DNA of 64,000 bases, taken from Strigamia acuminata (taxonomy: Eukaryota). The notes under the pieces are model-generated. The model was not told where the DNA came from, searched no databases, and worked only from the letters and a program-made list of their open reading frames with translations. Below are positions 11,901 to 26,400 of this stretch, piece after piece. The DNA is taken from the NCBI GenBank assembly GCA_949358305.1, contig OX442314.1, positions 16,554,001-16,618,000 on the forward strand, given 5' to 3'. Position 1 is the first letter of the stretch. Every line of letters begins with the position of its first letter. The translations under genes and the position numbers were made by a program.

Positions 11901-14900
11901 TTTAAATTTGATGGTAATTAGAGGCGATTTTGGAAATTAAAAATGTGATGTGATGACAGAATCTAATTTCTAAGGTTCTTACAGCATCAGCTTCTTCCAG
12001 CCTCGAATCATTTTTGGAAATGAGACTGGCGAGATTGGTGAAAACAGTCAGGTAATGAGGTGCTATTTTTGTGTAATAAGATTCCCCCGGTCTCGGCTTT
12101 GGTAATAAGTCTTTGGCCTATTTTGAACGAAAAAAATTTTAATTTAAATTTGAAAAAAAAAAAAAACATTAAATAATAATATTTAAAAAAAAAAAAAAAA
12201 TCAAAATTATTACTTTGCTAAATGTTGATTCAGCTTCTTCGTACATTTTTAGATTGTTATAGAGACGACCCATGTTTATATAAGCAGTTACATCGTCTGG
12301 TTGAACACTTAAAAATTCATTTTAAGAAATATATATTTTTTTTATAGTGATAAAAAATGTAAAAATAATAGGTAATTTAAATACATACACGCTAGCTTGG
12401 TGAAAGTACTGCAATGCCTCTTCGTATTTGCCCACATTCTCTAATGTGTGTCCCACATTGTTGTAAAGTTTGGCATTCCTTTGATTCACCCGAAGACTAG
12501 CCATGAAAATCGAATATTCAGATTCCCTAAGAGTATGAGAAGCGAGAGAGAGAGAAAGAAAGAAATAAGTAAATATTGATTGAAAATTTTTCTAAATCCT
12601 ATTAAGCGTAAATCATTTGTTATTAATGGATCTGTGACAAAAGACATATATCGAGTGTTTCCTTTCATTTTTTCTTTTATCTCTCTTTTGACGACTTGAA
12701 AAACTAATGCGTCGCAGCTGTAATGGGCAGTGAGGCTTGACTTCGACCCGAGAAAAAAACAGTAGGAACCATTTGGCGAAGACAAAGTGTGTCAAAATGT
12801 GATCACGCCTCTGTCGGATGTGGATGATGTACTGATTTGACAATTTATACATCATATCTACTCAGTGGAAAAGATCCCTTCCCCGTGAAAGTGGGACAGA
12901 GAGAGAGAGGAAAAAAATTCTTTTCACATTCCACGCTGTGATATTTCCGCATCTGATGTAATTCTGATAGGAGAGTTGAGTGCCAAATTGACTATATCTC
13001 ACTATGCTGATGATGTCACATGGAGCCGGAATTTTCAAAAGGCTGTCATGAGATTGGCTCTACAGATAGAGGCGTTCAAACTCGAGAAACACTGCGGTCA
13101 ATAGATTTGATAACGATTGCATAAACAAAGTTTTGGCATTGTACGCGTTGAATGACAATTTGAGATGCACGATACTTGGAAAGAGAGAGAGAGAGAGAGA
13201 GAGGAGGTTATATATATTTTTTCATTTTTTATTTTTTTTATTTTTTATAACTTTTGATGACAGCATTTCACTAACATTGTAAAGATCCCTGACATCTAGT
13301 CCTACTCAGGTTTCACATCATGGCGAAGGTCTTATTCTTCGAGATAGGCAGATTTTCTCTTGCTCCGTGCACTCTAGGGCATCATCACAACTCTCTCTCT
13401 GTGTTTTACACTGACTAGCCATTTTCCATCTTCAGTGCGGCACGCAATCACACAAAGATCTCATTCGACTATTTTTACGTCCATCTTTATGGTCCCAATG
13501 CTCTCTCATTAGCATTTTTCCTTTTCTTCCCTGTACATCACCACTTACATCAACAACATCTTTAGAATATCTTAAAATTGGTATATAAAAAAATGTCATT
13601 TTTCTTGCAGAAATATAAAAAATAGAATAAAACATAGACGGTGTTGTATAAATTAGATGATTAGAAATCGTTACTCACCAGTCCAAGTTGCGAGTTAGTG
13701 TCTTGGATGCGTGCATAAGCATTAAAAACAGCAGGCCTATCCACAGCATCTTTTTATGGGAGCTGTTTAGTTTTAAAGAAAAACAATCCGAGTATTATTT
13801 ATTGAATTTGGACATTTTTTATCGACGTGTTTACCTTTTCTGTAGCAAAATATTCCATCCGTATGCAACTAAAATACAAAACCCCATACTAGGTGTGTAC
13901 AATGTTCGTTCGGCGATCACAAAGCCAACGGGGAAAAACAGATTGGATGCTGGTAGGAATGGAAATACAATGATGGCCAAGCTCTGTCAAATAAATTAAA
14001 ATCCATAATGCATACTGCAGGAAAGTGCATGTAGCCCCGACCGAATATCCCGGTATTTGATGGGATCGGCAAAATTGAAGAAGGTATTAAAAAAAATAAT
14101 AAATATAAAAAATATATATAAAAAAAAATATTTTTTTTTACTACATATATATATATATATATTTTTTTTTTGTTAGTGGTGTGTGCGATAAATAGCAGAT
14201 GTTTCTTGATTCGATCCAATTTTGGTGGAAAGAAGAGTCGGTTTTAAGTTTAAGTGATGTACACAATAGTAATTGCACATTTAATTAAATTTGAATTCTT
14301 CACAGAATAGGAAATGAGTTTTAATACTGGAGAATTTGATACCGAACACATGCAAGATGGAGATCAAATGATCTTTTATTACATAATAGCGGAAGGAAGT
14401 TAAAGTGAAAATGAACTTTCAAAAAGCCCTAAACAAAAGATAAACTAGCTGAACTTCATTTTCTATATTTATTAGACCACTTTATCCGCCCTGACTTTTA
14501 GTTTAGACCTTAATCTTTCAGACAGGATGCATAATACAATTAATAGAAGATTAAACTCTTGGCCACGCAAATCCTATTGGCTTATCGCAGTATTATTTCT
14601 CAGTACGCACTTAAGTCCCACGTATACAGTGGGTTTGTCAGATGTGTCACTGGAGACTAAAAGTTGTTCTTCTGTTATTGGACTGTCAAACTTTGCCCCT
14701 TTTACTCTGCGCAAGCGCAAGGAAAACGAACTTCTAAACTCATTTAGTGATAAAAAAAAAATAAATAAATTAAATGCAAATTACTGTTAGAAACTGCAGC
14801 TCGAATTGAGCCACAAAAAAATGTCGTTTGTAAGTTGAAAAATTAAGACTCCTAATTGAATTTTTCATGGTTACATTAATGCACATTTTGCCGCATAGGT

Positions 14901-17406
14901 CAAGATTAAGCTGGGATATAATCTTGTTATAAAAATTGTAATGTATATACGACTAAATCTGAGCGAACCTAGTGAAATTGCATTATGAAAAGAGGGGGAA
15001 AAAAGAGTAGGAACTTTTGAAATATTAGGATAGCGCAGAATGTTAGTGGAAAGGGCCATTCGCTTACAAAGTGCATTATCTCAGGATGGCGCAGTTTTGT
15101 TATGGCGTTTTCCTTTATCAAGTGCTGGGCTAGAGCTTAGGTAATTATTTTAAAACCGTAAATGTTCCGATGGAACAACAGCGCTTTATTGACAGAACAT
15201 AGATTTAGATACTGAATTCTATCGGTTTTGACAATTTAAACATTTGTTTTAGTACTTTTAGTTAATTTAAACATTTATTTTAGTGTTTTTGATCAATTTA
15301 GACATCTATTTTAATCGTTTTGCTCAATTTAGACATCTATTTTAATCGTTTAGTTCAATTTAGACCTGTTTTGTAAATGGCACTGCGTTCAATTAATATC
15401 CAGCGCTCTATGAGAGCGTTTACGTATTATAGATGAAGTGGAAAAGGAAGTTCTGGTTTTGTAAGATTTGAGTCCTTGATTATGATTGTGTACATTGTGT
15501 GTTATTGCACGTGAAACGAAACAAATCTTCAGGCAAGTCAAGAATTCAATTCAAATGTTTTGGACTTTTGATTACTTCTGCGCTTAAAATTAATTACGTT
15601 TCTGTGAAAGATGTTTTTTTCACATAACCAAATTACCTGACAGTTTCAGCTGTACTCAAAACTCCAAACTGAGTTTAAATTCTTTTTTTTTTTTCACTTT
15701 CTTTTCGGGATAGAGGGCAAAAAAAAAACTAAAGGAACTGTCAGCTAAAACGATAGGGGTTTTGAATAGTGAAAAGTCAAGTTAAAATGTGGCTTGTAAC
15801 AAGGGCAAGCTGCAGAAATCAATTCTTTCATAACATTTTCTTAAAGTTTGAGCTGTCATTTTTAAAGTCTGTATTGGATTCCATTTTGCACAAAAACTTA
15901 TACTCGGTGCAAAAGTTTGTCTCCTGATGTGACCAATTCGACCGTATTGGAAAATGGCAAGTCACTGAAGCACATAATACAGTCAGCACTGGCAATTCGG
16001 TATTACTCCTTGAGGGGTTCTAATATTCAAAGTAAAATATTTCCAGCCGATTGAGCGTGTCTGCTCAGTTTTCTTATTTTCAGTTCAGAGAACACATGGT
16101 CAAATGTAATGCTCTTCGAAAAGACCAATGGAATAAGAAAATAAATTTCTATATATGTATATGTCGAGAAACAAATGTAATTGGGCGCAATCACTAACCA
16201 GTCGTCGAAGGAAAACACGAACAATGGCCGGGTGTAGTCAATAAAACTATTTAGAAATGCACGAGTCGGCAAATCGATCGAATTACACAGAGGAAAATGT
16301 ATAGGCCGCCGAATAAAGAAATTGCCATTCTTTGCTGATATAAATGAAGTTTAGTTAGTGAAAAAAATAGCTGTGCGAGTGGAATTAAAAGCTTAAGCTT
16401 GATGGATTACGCTCCCCAAGGATCACCTTTATAGGAGGATGGTAAAAAAAATGAGAATCCAAAAGGATTACTATCATATAATTAATGACTTAAACTAACT
16501 GCATTGTCACTGGCTAAAAGATCAACTTTTGTTTGCAACAAAAACAAACAAGCTTAAACTGAGGTCTTAATTTAGCGCGCTTTCAAAATTTCAATGCCTT
16601 GTCACTAATTATTTATGTTTGTTTTCCCTCACACAAGCTAATATGTTTGCTCGCACTTAGGACTGATTGCTTCATTTTTTTGAAAGTTATTTATTCATTG
16701 ACAACAAGCGTTTATAGATTTATTTTGAAATGAAAGATGAATGGTAAGAGTTGCAACGGAGTGGGTGAGCGAGTGTGGATGTGGAGTGAATGGGCACAAT
16801 CCTTCTAAAAGCTTTAAGAATTAATTAAAATTTGTTGACACATTGAAGCTGTTATGATTAAGTAATGGGTGCTGCGTGGAGGGAAAATATGATTGCTATT
16901 AAATCCTTTGACGAATGACGATCAAGTGCTGCTTGGTATTTCGTTTCGGCCCCTTCCTTGATCCGTTTTCAAGCACATTCAATTTAGCCACGAGTGTTGA
17001 GGAGTTAAAAGTTAATGCAAACTCACGGCGCATGTTGATGACAACTTACCATTAGAACGACTGTCGCATGTCGTGTTCGGAAACTGGCAACACGTGCCAG
17101 TTTTAGGAAAGATAAATAAAATCCAACAGTGGCCAGATGTCGAGGGTCGAGTGCCGATTCGAGACAAGGGATGGTGCCCATTGTCCAGTCGCAACATAAA
17201 TTATGGGGAAAGAGCAAAAGCCACGCGTTGACAGCCAGCAAATAATTGTAGGTCATGTAGCGGACAGGCGTGGGAGCCACAGCAGACGGGTTGTCGAATC
17301 TGCAAAATTAAATTGCATTTAACGGTAACATACGCCGCTCCTAACTGACAACAGACCGATTCACACAAGATAAACGAGTGTTATTAAATATGCTCGAATG
17401 ATTTCT

Positions 17407-17444
<38 letters not shown>

Positions 17445-20400
17445 TATTTTTACTTCCCGCTCTTAAATTCGCTTTATTTAATGTGAATCGAAGTGACAAG
17501 CGTGGAATGAAATGCGAGGAAAACTTACTTGGTAAATGTGGGGAGTTGTCCATTCATTATCTTGAGTCTCATAACGATTAAGAAGAGTTTAAATACGACC
17601 AATGTTATAATTCTACGACTCGCTTCTCGTAAACTATGAGTGAACGCACTGCTGCTACTATTTATAACCATATCTAACATGTGTGGAATGTCTTGAAGCC
17701 GTATCTGTAAGATATGGAACAGGATTTAATGCGGAAACTTGGAAAGTGAGGTTTTTTTTTCGTTTTTTTGTATTTCTTTTAAAAAAAGAGAAAATTTTGA
17801 AATATCGCTATTTCATTAAAAGGGGAATTTAGTTACAAAGAAAATAAAAGCACAAAAAAAGTTGTTGGTCGCATTATTGAGAAACAACTTCTGGTTTTCA
17901 ATGGATCTTCAATATAAAGCTTTTAAATGTTCCGTTGGGAACAGCAATAGTACCTTTTTTTATTGAAAAAAAAACCAAAAAAAAAAAAAAGAAAACCTAA
18001 TTCCTTTGGACAATAGGTTTTCTCCAGACCACAAAGAAAGGGTAGAAAAAAAAGAAAAGTAATATTTAGAACAAACAATGTTATCAGTGTTGCAACAATT
18101 TTGGCACTGCTGTATAATTGGAATTTCCGGAGAAAACCTGTAATAACAAGAAAGCCAAAGTGTTGTACTTTCATTATCCGTAATCATTTAGATCCGAACA
18201 ATCTACTTGCAATTGCTTGTAGCGAGGACAAAAAAATATATATATCACCTAACCCAAAAACCACCTTATCTTTACTTTCCCCCGCTTTTCAGGTTTAATA
18301 GTGTTTGTGTTGGTGGTAGTTATACTCGAAAGCAAGCGATATTAACAACTGATGTTATGATTTCTCATCTGCTGCTACTGTTAATTACCTCCTGTATTTC
18401 TGAACGTAAAAATTATAACAAAAGAGCAAATTGATGAACAGATGGTATGATCACAAGCTGTTTCTCGTTTTATGGTTTCTCTGTTATTTTTTCTCACTAT
18501 ACACAATAGCAATTTCTCTATCAAGCATTTTTTTTTTTTTTTTTTTTTGTGACAATCATATTATTATTATTTTTTTGTTGTTGTAAAGATGAAACTTGAG
18601 TTAATGAATCTTTTGTTAGCAACGAAAATCAATTTTTGCACAAATATTTCTTTCAATCAAAATCAAAGCTGTTGGCATCTTTCGTTCGCAAGTAAACAAG
18701 ACTGGAAGCAATAAAATTTCCATCATATCGCATTCAACTCATTAATCATGCGACGTGATTACGAATATTATATCAGTTTTATCGCAAACAACAAGCTTTT
18801 GAGTATGAAATGCGTCATTACCGAGTGTGGAAAATTTACATCATTTGTCAAGCGACGACCAAAACTTAACTCGTCACATGCAAATCTCTGATGGGAGTGA
18901 ACATTTTCTCATTTGAAAAGATGTCTAGTACTGCTGCTGCTTTGCCGCTCCAATCAATAATTAATCTAAATTGACAGATAGGCCTTAATTGCGTACGAAT
19001 TGTAAGAAGGTTCACACTTGAAATAATAAAAAAAAAAAGTGTTGAAATACTTGAAGTTTTCAAAATTGAAATGGTTTGTAAAGGGCGAATTATGTTGCAT
19101 TAAAAAAGGGTTTTAAAAGCCTTTCGATCAGAGGTTTGAAGTGTTTTCTCGCCTTTTTTTTTCTTCTTCTTTTATATATTCTTTTTATTCGTGAAAATGC
19201 AGCAATGTTAATAATGGCATTCAAACTATTTGTGTAAATTTGTTAAATTTTGAGCGCATCACATGGACTCTGTAGAGACCAGTAAATTGCAAGTGGTGTG
19301 TTCATAAAATGTTTTAACAAAACAATTTCATTTCCCCAATGAACAATTTTTCCCAAACGTGCTCTCCATTTCTGCTATAAACTTGAAAAGTTAAAACCAT
19401 GCCTCGCGAGAATACTACAATAACTTCTTTATGTCCAGGAAAGAGAAGTTGATAATAGCCAAGAAAAATGCTGATTATAATCTTGGGGAAGTGAAATTAT
19501 TGGATTGTGTGTAGTGAGTGGGGTGGAGTCATCGGTTTTGCCAATATACACTATGATTTATAACTGGAAACCAATTCGCTTAGAAAAAAGGAAGGGGGAG
19601 AAAGAAAACAGACGAGGAACTGTATCATAAAACACTTGCCACTAAGGTGCAGATTTGAAATAAGATTTAATCAAGTGCTCTTAACTGCGCCAGAAACAAT
19701 TTTAAAACTGCGTCTTCCTTTGTTTATGACACAACACTGCGCAGATGTTATTGATTAAGCGAGATTAGCGCTTAAATGATTTGTGTTCAGAATGGATTGA
19801 TTTAGATTACACAACAAAGATAATGTAGACATGGTTTTACCTTTAAGACGACGCAGATCTCATAAACTATGCAAACTGTGAGAACCATAATCCCTTGTTC
19901 TTTGCAGAGTAATGCGACGGTTGACAATAATAAGGTCGTCAATAAATAGGTCCAGTCTGAAATAAATAATTGAAATTTTTATGCCTTCTTTGTGGGTGGA
20001 GTGCATGAAATATAAACCACACGCTCAATAATTCACGTGTTTTTGAAATTTGGAAAGTTTTCAATGGATTTTTTTACCATCTGAGCCGGTAAAATTGTGA
20101 GAGATGTAATACGAGATGTAATAGGAGTATCTGGTGTAATCGTGTTTGTTTATATTCCACTTTTACTGCAGGGTTAACCAGGAAAGCCACGTAAACACTA
20201 AACCGCCAATTTTGGTCAAGGTGTGGGTCAATATAATAACATCTAAGGTTGTTATTCAGTTGTATTCACTACAACTGTAAATCCTCTTCACGTTTAGGTA
20301 AATATTTGTGGCTTTGAGGATTCGTATACGAATGGACAGTTAAATTGATTTTTTTCTAAAGCTTGTATTTATGTTGTGGAATGTTTGTTTAAATATGAAA

Positions 20401-23400
20401 TCAGCAGTGGTTTTGTAGTTGAGAGACCTAAGGGTTTCAAAAATTGTTCTGAGTTGATAGATTATCTTCTATACATGCACTTAAAATTGATTATTCGGGA
20501 TTTTGCCTGGTCGTGGATGGGGGAATGGAGTTCACTGTATCTTTTATTTTATTACCTGACGACAATTTGAACGAGCATCGCAGATATGTGTCAGCGAGTC
20601 GGTGTGATCTGGATCAAGCTCGAATCAATTGTTTTAACGACTACTGCTGTTAAACCTCGGAGATCAAGGGTTTTCCTTTAGTTCCGACAGAGAGTCAATG
20701 GACTCTATGGTGTCGCTGCAGTTATTGCTTACCCGTGATGTTTGAGTTTGAAAACGAAGGCGATGTTTATGGAGATAATAAAACAAAAGATAAGTTGAAT
20801 TTGAAGTCATTTAGCCAAGAGGAATTTTGGGGGGGGAAAGAATTGTGTGGATGTAATTTCCAGGTCATGTGCTGTTCTTTTCAGAACTTCAATCTAATTA
20901 CTACGCAGTGGTGGCACCTATTAACAGTTTAAATGCAGAAATTTAAATGGGAGTTGTTGTGAATCTTTTCAATCCTTTGTTTTTTAATGGGGGAGAAAAA
21001 GAAATTGAATGGGAGAAGAAAAATCATATTTTACCAGTTTGTTTTGCTTTTGTTGCCTTCACATAAGCAAAGAAAGCGGCGAGAAAAAATATTGATGAGA
21101 GGAGTTCTGCTCTTGCAACGACGCCTGTAACCTAAAGAAGATAAAAGGAAATTACATTTGAAATTATAATATCACGATTTTTCAATTCAGTATTGAATAA
21201 CTGGGACGTGTTTAAAAGAAAAATGTGCGCACATTTACATGATTTCGTTTTGCGCATTTTTCTCAGACAGATAATAGATTATAAGTTTGAAAAGCGCTAT
21301 GGTAATAAAATGTTGCGCCGCACGAAATTCCTAATGTAAAGTAAGTTGTTTGCGCACTCAATTAACCAGGTCGGCACTAATAGAAACTTCTTCCCCTATG
21401 GTTGCATTGTCCAATGTAGCAAAGTGAGATTTTCATTTAGATGTATGAATGCAGCATTTAATGTGATTTTCTTGAAGCTATTCCCTCAAGACAGTCACTC
21501 TTGCCAACCACTAAGCACATTACAGCTGTAAATCAAGAGCTTCAATAAATTTGTTTAATGCATGTGTTATTACATTTCGGCACGGCTTATACACATAGCT
21601 TTGCTCGTGGAAACGTCGCTTTCGTGTCGAGGATTTATCTATTGTCGCTAATGCGGCTAAGATTGGTGCGCGAAATAAAAAAATTGAATGCGTAATTAGT
21701 TGATTTGTCAGGTGTTATTAGGCGCTGATCTTTCTTCGTTTGTCTTAATTTTAATGTATTGCGAGAGCGAATTCGGTTGCAGTGACCAGAAAATTAATGG
21801 CGAAGATAAACAGTGCTTTTGTGATTATTCATCAGACAAGATTTTAAGTTTATCACGCGCATGAATTGTTTTGCTGATAAAAGTCTAATTTATTTATTTG
21901 CATAACAAAGTTGGAGTTGTATTTGTTCTTTAAGTTGGCACTGAATTGGCTCGTTAATTGTTAGAAGTTTAGATAAACATCTTCCATTGGATTGCTCAAG
22001 TTTACTTCTCAGTAAGATTAGAATCTCAGTAACATGACCGCACAAGTGACCACAATCTTTACCAGCTGTGCCCATTTTCTTGTATACTCGGACTGTTTGA
22101 CTATTGCCGACAAATGAACGTAGCTACGCTTAAGTGGAGATAAAAAGGGGAAAACAAAGGAGAAAAAATGATCGCATTTAAAATGCATGCTAACCGTTTT
22201 AAAAATTGTAACCACATTTGGGGAGGATAAAAAAGGAGAATGGGCGAAGTCAAACAGAAGGGGAAAAAATAAAAATACGACTTAGATGTCGGAATAATGC
22301 GAGAGATGAAAATTTAAAAACCAAAAATGTTCTCGAAAATGTTTATTACTCCATTAGAATGCGCCATTATCTTAAAGAAGAACGGCCCACATATTCTTCA
22401 ATTTGCTTTTAAAGACGAGAGATGGAGGTAAAGCGTATGTAAGATTTGGCGTTTGGCTTTAAGTTTTTTTTTTTTTTTTTTTAAGATTATATTTACTTTT
22501 TCCTGTAATACAGTTTTGATATATAAAAGAAAAAAAAATGGTTGGAAATACATCACCTCCCAGAACCCCAACTTAATAAACTTCCATAGTCATTTCAAGA
22601 TAGTAAAACTCTCCACAGGGGTACAGCAACATGCATTTGTTAGTGCAGCATGGTTTTTGTTCCCACAGGGGAATGTGCTGCATGCATGGCTGTACAAGTC
22701 CTTGTGGGGTGTTATTTTCCTCAACTTTGTGGGATAAAAACTCGGAAACATGTAATAGCACGACTTTCATAAGCGGGGTAGTGTGTGCACGTGCTTCCAT
22801 TCTTATTTTTCTCTTTCTGTGCGACGAAAATTTGTGAGACTCGAGTAATCTGGTCATGAGAAGTCAAAAAAAAAAGTTTAATTTTTTTTTTTGGGGGGTT
22901 TTTCGATAGTGAGTCGAGAAAAATTTAGATTTTCGCAATGCAAATTGGTATTTAATGCGTAAAAAAATATATACTTACAGCTTCAGTATGAATAGGATGA
23001 ATAGCAAACAAAATAGCAGCAACTAAGCTTGGTTTAGGAGACAGAAACAGGTTACAGAACCTAGAATGAGGAAAGAAAAAGAGAAAGTTTAATGCATGAG
23101 TTTTCACAAAGAAGTGGTGTGTTTGAAGACATAAAATTTTATGGAAGAAACTTCACATACAAAAGATCCAGCTCAAAGGTATCTATCGTATTTTCTTTTC
23201 TTTCTTTCTTCTTTTTTTTCCTTTTTTTTTTTTTATAAAGGAAATTGCTTTTTGTTTTGGCATTTTATCTAACATTGAAACTGTACATATTGAGGTTAAA
23301 AAGTTATCTATCTATGGGAAAAAAAAATATGTACAGGAAATAGTAAACACCTATTTAAGCAAGGCCCAGATAACCCAAGACCCTTCGCCTGACCTCTAAT

Positions 23401-26400
23401 TACACCTCTTGTTGATAAGCAATGCAAATGCGTTCATGAAATGGAGGCCTTTTCTTTGCGAGTTGGATTCAGGTAAATGGAACTTCCGTTATACTTTGAG
23501 CGAGATAAAAGAGATGGAGAAAAAATAGTATTGTCTTTTCATGCGCAGTGAAAAGTAATTTTAAAGCGATTTTAAAGTGATACTTTGATGGTTTTCCAAC
23601 ACTTATTGGCAAGCATAATTACTTTTATGCGTAGTGGTTGGTTTGATTCCACTTCATGGACATTAAAAATTGTTATTATTAATTAAATCTTTAATAATTA
23701 CGGGCATTAAATGCACAACAACAACAGCATTTTGCAGAGATTTCATTCTGAGATGCGTGTCGATGAAAATTTATAGCAATGCCCGCATAGGAGGCAAAAG
23801 GTATTAAAACGTGAATCCGAAAATTGGAAATCGCATTAAAGCCTATTATGGGGAGAAGAAGAGGAAGAAAAGACGTTTTTAATGACGGGGTGCAAAAATT
23901 ATATAAGTTGATTACACACAATAATAACATTAGAAGTTTTTATTAGTTCGGAGTCAGCGTTGCATTAAAAAAGATATAAAATTTCCATTTTCTGATTTTC
24001 GCTTGGCCAACTCGAATTTCTTTTACCACTCTCAGACAATGTCCATGGCGGGCTGCAATTTCCAAGATTCACTCTGGCTGAAACTGCCCCTTTTTCGAAT
24101 CGGTTTTCAATTGTGCTTGGCGGACAACTATCTGGAACGGGGTTTTCAAAATAAAGTGTTCCTCGATACAGCAATTCCTACTCTAGCCTATTGTGCCCTA
24201 ATATCATGCATTCAGATGGCAGAAAGAAAGAAAGAAAGAAAAGGAAAAAAAAAACATCGAGCGAATTATGTGTTAGATTTCAATTTAACATTTCGGAGAA
24301 AAGCTTTCGATGCGTGGAACTCTAAAAAAGTGCTATTTTCATTCGATCTACGGCTAGAAATCTAAATTAAACATCGCGCATCTGCATAAATATTTATACA
24401 GAGGTTATGACTCTTAAAGTGTTGAAGCTGTTAAAACAAATGAAGACTTTCTTGATCGTAATGTGCAAACATGCTCGGTATGTCAATCCACCCGAAGCTA
24501 GTGGGCAAATTAATGAAATTCATAGTTGTCTATTCGGCTTGTTGACGAAATCTACAAGAATGCAAACAGCGGCGGCCTTTTTATTTTTAATTTAATTCGA
24601 ACAAAAGCCGTGGTGGAAGAATAAGGGGAAAAAGAGCTGGCGCTAGCACTATTGTGCGAGTTTAAACTCTTTATTTGCAATTGTATGCGTAACTTTTACT
24701 CAGTATTATCACGTCCAATCTTTGCTTCCGCCCCATTTCACATTTGGATGCATAAGGACTGTGGGGGGAAAAAAAGCGTCATCTTTTATTGCACAATTTC
24801 GAGCGGACTCGAGTGCGACAGTACAGGCGAGCCGAGAGCACCAATTTTGAACATGTTAGATGAGCAACAAGGCAAATGAGTGCAATCTATATTTCCATGA
24901 AACGGTTTTTTATGATGGAATGATAGTAAATGATGTTTCTACTTGCACTTCTATCTCTCTCAAGCTCAATTGCTTTGGTCGCAAAGGCCAGTAACACCAT
25001 TTCTCGCAGCTGTAGAGGCAACTTTCATCTTAGTGAAGGGTAGTAGAGTTGAGATTGGCAGAACTAAAGTACTTTGAGTTCAAATTGCTTTTTCCCGTCC
25101 TTACTTTCACAAACACTTTCTCCTCCCTCGAGAGGCTTGCGAGCAATTCCCAGTGTCCTAATATAGTGAATATAACTGGGAAGCCCAACTTGTGCGTTGT
25201 CCATCTAACGTCCCCTATCCCTAACACGATTGCTGTTTGTTATTGGTCTTATGACAGCCAAAAGATATTGCGTTTTTACAATTTTCATGCGAGCTCAAAC
25301 TTAAAACTTATTTTTCCTTTATTTACTTTGTTTCATACTTTTTCATGTCTACTTATTTCATACTTTGTCTCCTTCGATGAAGACTTTTTCTATGACAATT
25401 TTTGGCATCTCTTTTTTTTTAATACTTTTTGTGTGAAAATTTAACGTTCTATGTGGAATTTACATTGTTGTTCTTTTAAATTCGACATTTGAATAATTTG
25501 CAAGCAATAAACAATGGCGGAGAAATGTTTTTATTATTGTTTTCAAACTTGAAGAAAACATGGGGAAACTTTTCGGCTGCTTTTCAAAAACAGACACAAA
25601 AGAGTAAACAATCTGGTAATTGTGTAGATTCTTGATGTTAGAAATAAAAACACCCTCAAGTACAATAAGAGCTGCTGGATTCGGAATTGCGTTTTTTTTT
25701 CTTTCTATTTCTATTTCTATTTTTTTTTTTGTCACATGATGCAGTGAAATGGAAGCTGATACACAGACAATGAGCACTGCAGGCTGCAGGACTGCCCTGG
25801 CTTGAAATTATGTTGGAAACTAAATATTATTTTTTCAGTATATTCAGCCAAAAGAAACACATTTCACTTGGTTTCCGCAACGCATTCGTACAATCTGTAT
25901 TCTCTTTGACTTAGATGGGAGTTCCACTTTGTTACTTAATGATTTTTTTTCTTGATCTTTGGGTTCGGAAAGAAATTTTTAATAAAATTAAGGATTTTAT
26001 GGGAATCTATATGATCAATTTAGTTGCAAAGCATTGGCAACTTATCCCGCTTTTCAAGCTTTTCTGCGTATAATTTTGTGATTTATTTTTTTTTCGGTCT
26101 TCTTGAGCCATCGAAATTCCATGTTGAGCAAGCGAAGTTTTTTTTTTTTTTTTTTTTTACTGACTGCAGCATCTGTGAAATCTCCTCATTATTTTCTTAG
26201 AATCCAATGTTTTTATCGTAAAACATGAGTCTCCCGAGATCTCTTTTGCATATTGAATTTCTATGTTTTTAAGAAAACAGTTTCCAAATTGAAATTGACT
26301 TTACCGTGCGAAAAGACAAGCGGCGAAAAAAGCAAAACACTCTGAGGTTTATTATCGTCAACGACAATAAATGACGTTTTCAGATGAGACAACATTTCAA

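Noticed and set aside
15226..15373. 31-bp repeats as a CRISPR-like array
   Set aside because: The units are head-to-tail with no unique spacers, inside a eukaryotic intron.
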